Source: Ignavibacteria bacterium (GTDB lineage: Bacteria; Bacteroidota; Ignavibacteria; Kapaibacteriales; UBA2268). From it: DNA of 64,000 bases. The translations under genes were made by a program, and so were the position numbers. Below, piece after piece: positions 59,700-64,000 of the stretch (position 1 is the stretch's first letter; the number at the start of each line of letters is the position of its first letter). The stretch is from the NCBI GenBank assembly GCA_031261605.1, contig JAISJI010000064.1, positions 209 through 64,208 on the forward strand, read 5' to 3'. The notes beneath the pieces are model-generated. The model did no database searches, was not told the origin of the DNA, and worked only from the letters and a program-made list of their open reading frames with translations.

Positions 59700-60798
59700 C
59701 TACTTACCAAGCAGTAAGTTGCTCTTTATTAAATCATCTAAATCGCCATCCACCACATTAAACACATCTGTTCGTTTCATATCCGTCCTATGGTCTGCCA
59801 CCATTGTATATGGATGAAATGTGTAGGTGCGTATTTGACTTCCCCACTCTATTTTCATCTTCTTACCTTCCACTCGCAATTTCTCCGCTTCCTCCTCATC
59901 CAATTTCATTCGCAACAATTTCGCCTTTAGCATCTTCATTGCACGCTCTCTATTCATCAACTGAGAACGCTCCTGCTGACAAGACACAACTATGCCTGTC
60001 GGTATATGTCTTAATCTAACTGCCGTCTCCACTTTGTTGACATTCTGACCACCTGCACCACTTGAGCGATACGTGTCTATCTCTATCTCACTCGCATTTA
60101 CCTCTAAATCCTCTTTACTATTCTCCACTATCGGATACACAAAGACAGAAGCAAAAGATGTATGGCGTTTTCCATCCGAATTGAATGGCGACATACGTAT
60201 CAGACGATGAACACCGTTCTCTCCATTTAAATACCCATATACATACGAGCCGTTAATCTCTAATACACAGGTCTTTATTCCTGCTTCCAATCCACGAACT
60301 TCATCCAACAAAGTTACTTTGAAGTGATGGCGTTCTGCCCAACGAAAATACATTCGGCACAATATCTCCGACCAATCCTGTGCATCTGTTCCACCAGCGC
60401 CAGCATTGATTTCCAATATTGCATCACACTTATCGTTCGCACCTGAAAGCAATCTCGTAAGTTCTAAATCCGATACCAACTTCTCAGCAGTGGCTATATC
60501 AACATTCAATTCCGCTTCATTAGACACATCACCATCTTCGCTAATCAACTCATACAGCGTTACTAAATCATTAACAGCAGCGTCTGCTTGCGAAAATGTA
60601 TCTATCACATCCTTTATCTGCTTAATCTCCTTCATCACTCCATTTGCATTCTCTACATCATCCCAGAATGTCGGGTGTTCTGTCTGCAATGTCTTCTCAG
60701 CCAACATTTGTAGCGAACCGTCTATTTCAAAGATACCTCCGAAGTTCGCTTAATCTATTTTTTAATTCATTTATTTGTGTTTTTTGCGTCTCAAGCAT
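59700..60798 (-). CDS. prfB: peptide chain release factor 2 with programmed +1 frameshift
   Basis: ATG 60798, codon 23 in GGAGGTAT-CTT-TGA-A (60740-60726); +1 frame continues EIDGSLQML... with SPF, GGQ and WGSQIR. Confidence 0.96.
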
Positions 60799-60799
60799 A

Positions 60800-63262
60800 T
60801 TATTTATCCTCTATTTCATTCAATTCTTTTATTGCTTCTGCATAATCTGGGTTGTATTTAATCGCCCATCCAAACATTTTCTTTGCATCCTCCCATAATT
60901 CACCGGCTTTGTAACACATCCCCATTCCATAGCACGCCTCCGGAGAATAGTTGTTCAACTTCAATACCGATTCATACACTTGCACGGAGTTCTCTAAATC
61001 GCCCATAAGGTATAAAACGTCACCCATAAGCAATATATGTTTCTCCAAATCTATACCGCAAGTTGATTCATACTTCAAATCATTCCACTTCTCCACCACC
61101 GGAGATAGCAATTCCAATGCCTCCACATACTTTTCCTCTGCTGCGAGCAATGTCGCTTCCACCAATTTAATATCAGGATTTGCTGGCGTAATTGTTTTTG
61201 CTGCCTCGCAATACTTGTATGCTGCAATATAATCGCTATTGCTTATAGATATTTGGGCGAGCCGATTGAACGAATGAACCAAATACTTATCCAATAGTTT
61301 ATCCGTCTCTATTGCCTTAATATACAACTGCTCTGCCTTCACATAATCATCCTTCACGAATGCAAGTTCTGCTTCTCCCAATATTACCATCTCATCATCC
61401 ACCTCAGCCAAGTTGCTCACTGCACGCTTCGCCATATCTGTTCCATACAAACAATCCAAACGCATTAGTATCTTCATCGTTGCACGCTTCCAAGTCCAGT
61501 ATTTGCGAGCCAAATACGCGCCTATTAAACCCTGACTAAAGTTAATTGTCGGCTTCTTCACTACATACTCGAGCGTCTGCATTAGGTCTTCCAAATTCAC
61601 TTCCAACAAATAGGCATCCTCCGGAAGATTATCCGCCGAATTAACACTAATTTTTTGCGAATCCAAATACCAAGCCGTCTCCTCTGTTGTAAAATCATCT
61701 GTTGAACCACCCTTTGTCACTATCACCGGCAAGCCAGAAGCCATTGCTTCAAGCGTTGGCAATGAAAATCCTTCGCCACGATATGGACTAACAAACGTAT
61801 CGCAAGCACGATAAAGTGATGCCATTTGCTCATCTGTTATCTCATCCATTATGTATTCTATCTCTGGCATTCCTTGCGTTGCCTTTACTTGCATTATTTG
61901 GTCATAACAGCCCTGCCCTTTATATGTAGTATTGCCACCAATTTCTTTCACAACAAGACATACATTATCCGCCGCTTTGAATGTAGATACATAAGCACGC
62001 AATAGCAAATCAAATCCCTTTCTATACGTCGTTCCACCTACATATAGAAACTTAAATTTCTTTTTTGTATTCAATGGATACACTTCACCAATAGGACTAT
62101 ATAACTGCGGATTAATGCCATTAGGTATCACTTGCACTTTATCGCCATCTATACCGGAATTAATGAATGCTTGACGCGAGTAGTTGGATGGTGTCCATAA
62201 CTCTTCCGCTCTATTAAATATCTCTACAAACTCCGGTGGTAACACACCAAATTCCCATGGCTGCATTATTATCCATTTTGAACCTTGTGGTGCTTCTGCT
62301 TTGGGGGGCCAAGTATGGCGTATCCAAGCATAAGGTAAATTCCCTATCTCATCACTTACATCGGGCTTATATCTAATGTCGTTATTATGCAATTTTGTAT
62401 ATTCTGGATTGATAGTATAATCAAATGCGTCCGGCTCATAAGGAACAATAGACAAATTGGCTACATCTGCATCAATTATATTCTTACATACTTCCCTATT
62501 CACAAGTGCAAGTGAATGATACACAAATTGCGAACCCTCCCAAACAATGTTCAATGAACATTTATCTATCGGACTTGCAACATCCACCGGCGGTATAACA
62601 TTAAACACATCTTTAAATGCCTCCTTCATAACCTTAACTGCTTTCACTGTCATATTCAAATTAATAAATCCCTTGTCTTGCGGAGTATCCACTTCGTTAA
62701 ACTCTACAACACTAAAGCCCGTTCTCCCCAAATGATGCCGTATAGATGCTTCATCAAAGCCAACACAATGGTAGTCGCCAACATTGCTCTGTCCGCCAAA
62801 TATCATAAATGATGCAACATCCGCATTCCACTTCTTCTCCGTATATGCCTTTATCTGCAAACGAAGCGACGGACAGCGTATCAGTAGCGTTCCATTTGGC
62901 TTCAACACCCTATTCCATTCACTCAATACTGCGTCCGTCTCGTGGTGCGAAAAATGCTCCAATACATCGCTCGCAAGTATAAAATCCACAGAATTATCTG
63001 CAAACTCCAACTTACGAATATCCATATTCACCACATTGGGATTATCGCTAAACAAATCTATATTGATAAAGCCATCGCGAACATCAAGCCCGCAACCAAG
63101 ATTAACCATTATCGGTCCCGTCTTCGGCATAATATTCACCAACTTACCGGTCGCTGCTCGCATAGAGAAGCCGAAAGTATTATCGCCCACTCTATTCAAT
63201 GGCTGCGTATTAGCGGGGGTTTCAGAGGTATCAAATGTTAATTTGGAGAAATTGTTTAGCAT
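60800..63262 (-). CDS. SAM-methyltransferase / GT4 glycosyltransferase / TPR fusion protein
   Basis: VNLGCG...SDVLEH; VIPNG, RKGFD, YRGEGFSLPTLEAMASGLPVI; C-terminal TPRs; ATG 63262 chosen as start. Confidence 0.88.
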   Translation of the reverse strand: MLNNFSKLTFDTSETPANTQPLNRVGDNTFGFSMRAATGKLVNIMPKTGPIMVNLGCGLDVRDGFINIDLFSDNPNVVNMDIRKLEFADNSVDFILASDVLEHFSHHETDAVLSEWNRVLKPNGTLLIRCPSLRLQIKAYTEKKWNADVASFMIFGGQSNVGDYHCVGFDEASIRHHLGRTGFSVVEFNEVDTPQDKGFINLNMTVKAVKVMKEAFKDVFNVIPPVDVASPIDKCSLNIVWEGSQFVYHSLALVNREVCKNIIDADVANLSIVPYEPDAFDYTINPEYTKLHNNDIRYKPDVSDEIGNLPYAWIRHTWPPKAEAPQGSKWIIMQPWEFGVLPPEFVEIFNRAEELWTPSNYSRQAFINSGIDGDKVQVIPNGINPQLYSPIGEVYPLNTKKKFKFLYVGGTTYRKGFDLLLRAYVSTFKAADNVCLVVKEIGGNTTYKGQGCYDQIMQVKATQGMPEIEYIMDEITDEQMASLYRACDTFVSPYRGEGFSLPTLEAMASGLPVIVTKGGSTDDFTTEETAWYLDSQKISVNSADNLPEDAYLLEVNLEDLMQTLEYVVKKPTINFSQGLIGAYLARKYWTWKRATMKILMRLDCLYGTDMAKRAVSNLAEVDDEMVILGEAELAFVKDDYVKAEQLYIKAIETDKLLDKYLVHSFNRLAQISISNSDYIAAYKYCEAAKTITPANPDIKLVEATLLAAEEKYVEALELLSPVVEKWNDLKYESTCGIDLEKHILLMGDVLYLMGDLENSVQVYESVLKLNNYSPEACYGMGMCYKAGELWEDAKKMFGWAIKYNPDYAEAIKELNEIEDK

Positions 63263-63346
63263 AAAATGCACCTTAATAGTATTAATATTTTCTTCCCTAT
63301 GCAAAAATCATACCAAATTTTTCTTGCGTTATATTACAATATATCA

Positions 63347-63557
63347 AATAAAAATTCTTCTTTTGATTTTGTATTTTCATCTGCTGTTATTGAACACGTT
63401 GGTTCATTTGAAAATCAAATACAATCTGAACCTGCTAACTGCTGCTGATTTGATGAATATCGCTTCACGTATAGATAACATAGATACCATAGAGTTAGTT
63501 AGAGTAAAACTTCTCGGCTGGACATCCAATCTACTACTATTCATAAAAGTAAAATAG
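63347..63557 (+). pseudogene. internally deleted class I SAM-methyltransferase relic
   Basis: SFDFVFSSAVIEHVGSFENQ (63347-63421) fused out of frame to NLNLL...KLLGWTSNLLL* (63423-63557). Confidence 0.6.
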
Positions 63558-63583
63558 GTATCCAAATATCTTGAATACCTATT
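63553..63583 (-). terminator. probable terminator downstream of nuoC
   Basis: AATAGGTAT.CAA...TTG.ATACCTATT inverted repeat, T-tract on the minus strand. Confidence 0.6.
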
Positions 63584-63611
63584 ATAGCAGTAGTGGAGAT
63601 AACCTATTCCC

Positions 63612-64000
63612 CTACTTCATATTGGGCGTTGCATCTATTCCGTGCCACTCCGTTGGTGCGACATAGTCCTTGCGTAAAGGATAACCTACCCAATCCTCCG
63701 GACAAAGTATGCGTTCCAAATCGGGATGTCCCTCGAAGCAAATGCCAAACATATCATACGCTTCTCTTTCATGCCAATTCGCCGTCTTCCATACTCGCTC
63801 TACTGTTGGCATTTCTGGCTTCTCGCGATTCAACTTTACTTTAAGAACGGTATTATGGTTGTGCATTGTGGAGTATAGGTGATAGACCACTCCAAGCGAA
63901 TCCTTATAGTCCATTCCGGTAAGATTACCCATATAATCAAATTTGAGTTCTGGGGTATCTCGCAAATACATACATATATCTTTGATTGCTGATGGCTCTA
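63612..64000 (-). CDS. nuoC: NADH-quinone oxidoreductase subunit C (5' end beyond the window)
   Basis: ANWHEREAYDMFGI.FEGHPDLERIL.PEDWVGYPLRKDY; frame open to the window edge. Confidence 0.95.
   Translation of the reverse strand, partial: EPSAIKDICMYLRDTPELKFDYMGNLTGMDYKDSLGVVYHLYSTMHNHNTVLKVKLNREKPEMPTVERVWKTANWHEREAYDMFGICFEGHPDLERILCPEDWVGYPLRKDYVAPTEWHGIDATPNMK

Noticed and set aside
59700-60707. prfB as a truncated ORF or pseudogene
   Set aside because: Explained by the known programmed +1 frameshift at CTT-TGA
62784-63346. 5' part of the 257-aa plus-strand ORF 62784-63557
   Set aside because: Antisense shadow of the MTase-GT gene; only its last 44 codons look like real (relic) coding sequence

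Overview
AT-rich, gene-dense bacterial chromosome segment with about 45 CDS and 2 tRNAs. I saw no rRNA, CRISPR array, integrase or transposase. T9SS-type C-terminal sorting domains, TAnnTTTG promoter motifs and double-OmpA / IgGFc-binding proteins point to an FCB-group organism (Kapabacteria/Ignavibacteria-like; inference). Housekeeping genes (uppS, alr, split transketolase, holB, pepD, rsmE, hisS, prfA, frameshifted prfB, dispersed nuoH and nuoC) alternate with secreted T9SS cargo. Most notable: (1) an extremely AT-rich but fully open MCP-CheW-CheA (Wsp-like) operon that appears to have lost every phosphorelay residue yet keeps a consensus sigma-54 promoter; (2) a two-gene cassette encoding a 17-Cys secreted protein and a T9SS protein, preceded by a structured leader with mutually exclusive helices and bracketed by a 14-bp direct repeat; (3) a GLUG-like surface protein frameshifted at a T9 tract; (4) near-identical DNA in the GGQ regions of neighbouring prfA and prfB; (5) near-absence of GATC. 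All family calls come from motif recognition by eye; no database search was run.
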